DNA from: a bacterium
Lineage (GTDB): Bacteria > SAR324 > NAC60-12
Assembly (NCBI GenBank): GCA_965233585.1
Contig: CBDDTI010000424.1
Coordinates: 1 to 19,689 of the forward strand
Direction: 5' to 3'
DNA: 19,689 bases
Shown: positions 19,393 to 19,689 of the stretch, in pieces
Position numbering within the stretch: the first letter of the stretch is position 1
How the letters are laid out: each line of letters opens with the position of its first letter
Notes under the pieces: generated by a model
What the model was told of the DNA's origin: nothing
Database searches by the model: none
The model's input: the letters and a program-made list of their open reading frames with translations, nothing else
Position numbers and translations under genes: made by a program

Positions 19393-19689
19393 ATGCCATC
19401 AAAAAATATACAAAGAAATGTAGAAGTATTAAAGGGTCTAACCAGAGGTGCTAAAGAAGATGTTAAATACAGAGTGGATAAGGTGGTAGAGTTTTATGAA
19501 GACAGGAAAATTTCACAGAGAGAAACTGCACAGAAACTGATTAAAAGCCTGATGAGCGACAACAAAAGAACAGCAACTTTTGCTAAAAAAAGATTTGACA
19601 AAAAGTTTGAACAGATTGAAAGCAGAGCGCCACTGAATGAAAGAATGGAAATAAACAGAAACAAGAAAGACTATGTTGTAAGATTTTTG
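19393..19689 (+). CDS. 3'-partial ORF (MPSKNIQRNVEVLKG...KDYVVRFL), possibly the N-terminus of the pol-helicase
   Basis: 99 codons open to the window edge; not in the supplied ORF track; preceded by the promoter-like motif. Confidence 0.7.
   Translation, partial: MPSKNIQRNVEVLKGLTRGAKEDVKYRVDKVVEFYEDRKISQRETAQKLIKSLMSDNKRTATFAKKRFDKKFEQIESRAPLNERMEINRNKKDYVVRFL

Larger units (their letters stand above)
1..19689 (+). mobile_element. Endogenous Polinton-like virus / Maverick-type element, rearranged and partly decayed
   Basis: Co-oriented, intronless, AT-rich genes for a PolB-SF1 helicase fusion, GIY-YIG nucleases, an rve integrase and a PLV-type major capsid protein. Element ends were not identified. 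Confidence 0.85.

Overview
AT-rich endogenous Polinton-like virus (PLV/Maverick-type) region, most likely from a protist genome (dinoflagellate is my inference). It encodes a divergent family-B polymerase fused to an SF1 helicase and an HNH-like Zn domain, two GIY-YIG nucleases, an rve integrase, a PLV-type major capsid protein and several ORFans. Bases 1497-14976 are a head-to-tail triplication (units A 1497-7412, B 7413-12539, partial C 12540-14976), and every pol-helicase copy carries its own disabling lesions. Units A and B each carry an intact, intronless, GC-rich gene (repeat unit 62% GC) for a signal peptide followed by 7 or 9 near-identical 32-aa repeats, in which two alternating cores are each preceded by ETEK. 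This is the architecture of a secreted multi-core peptide precursor. It is preceded by what look like degenerate dinoflagellate spliced-leader relics, suggesting a retroposed host gene amplified together with viral DNA. No packaging ATPase, minor capsid, adenain-type protease, TIRs or peptide-modifying enzymes were recognised. All family calls come from reading motifs; no database searches were run.
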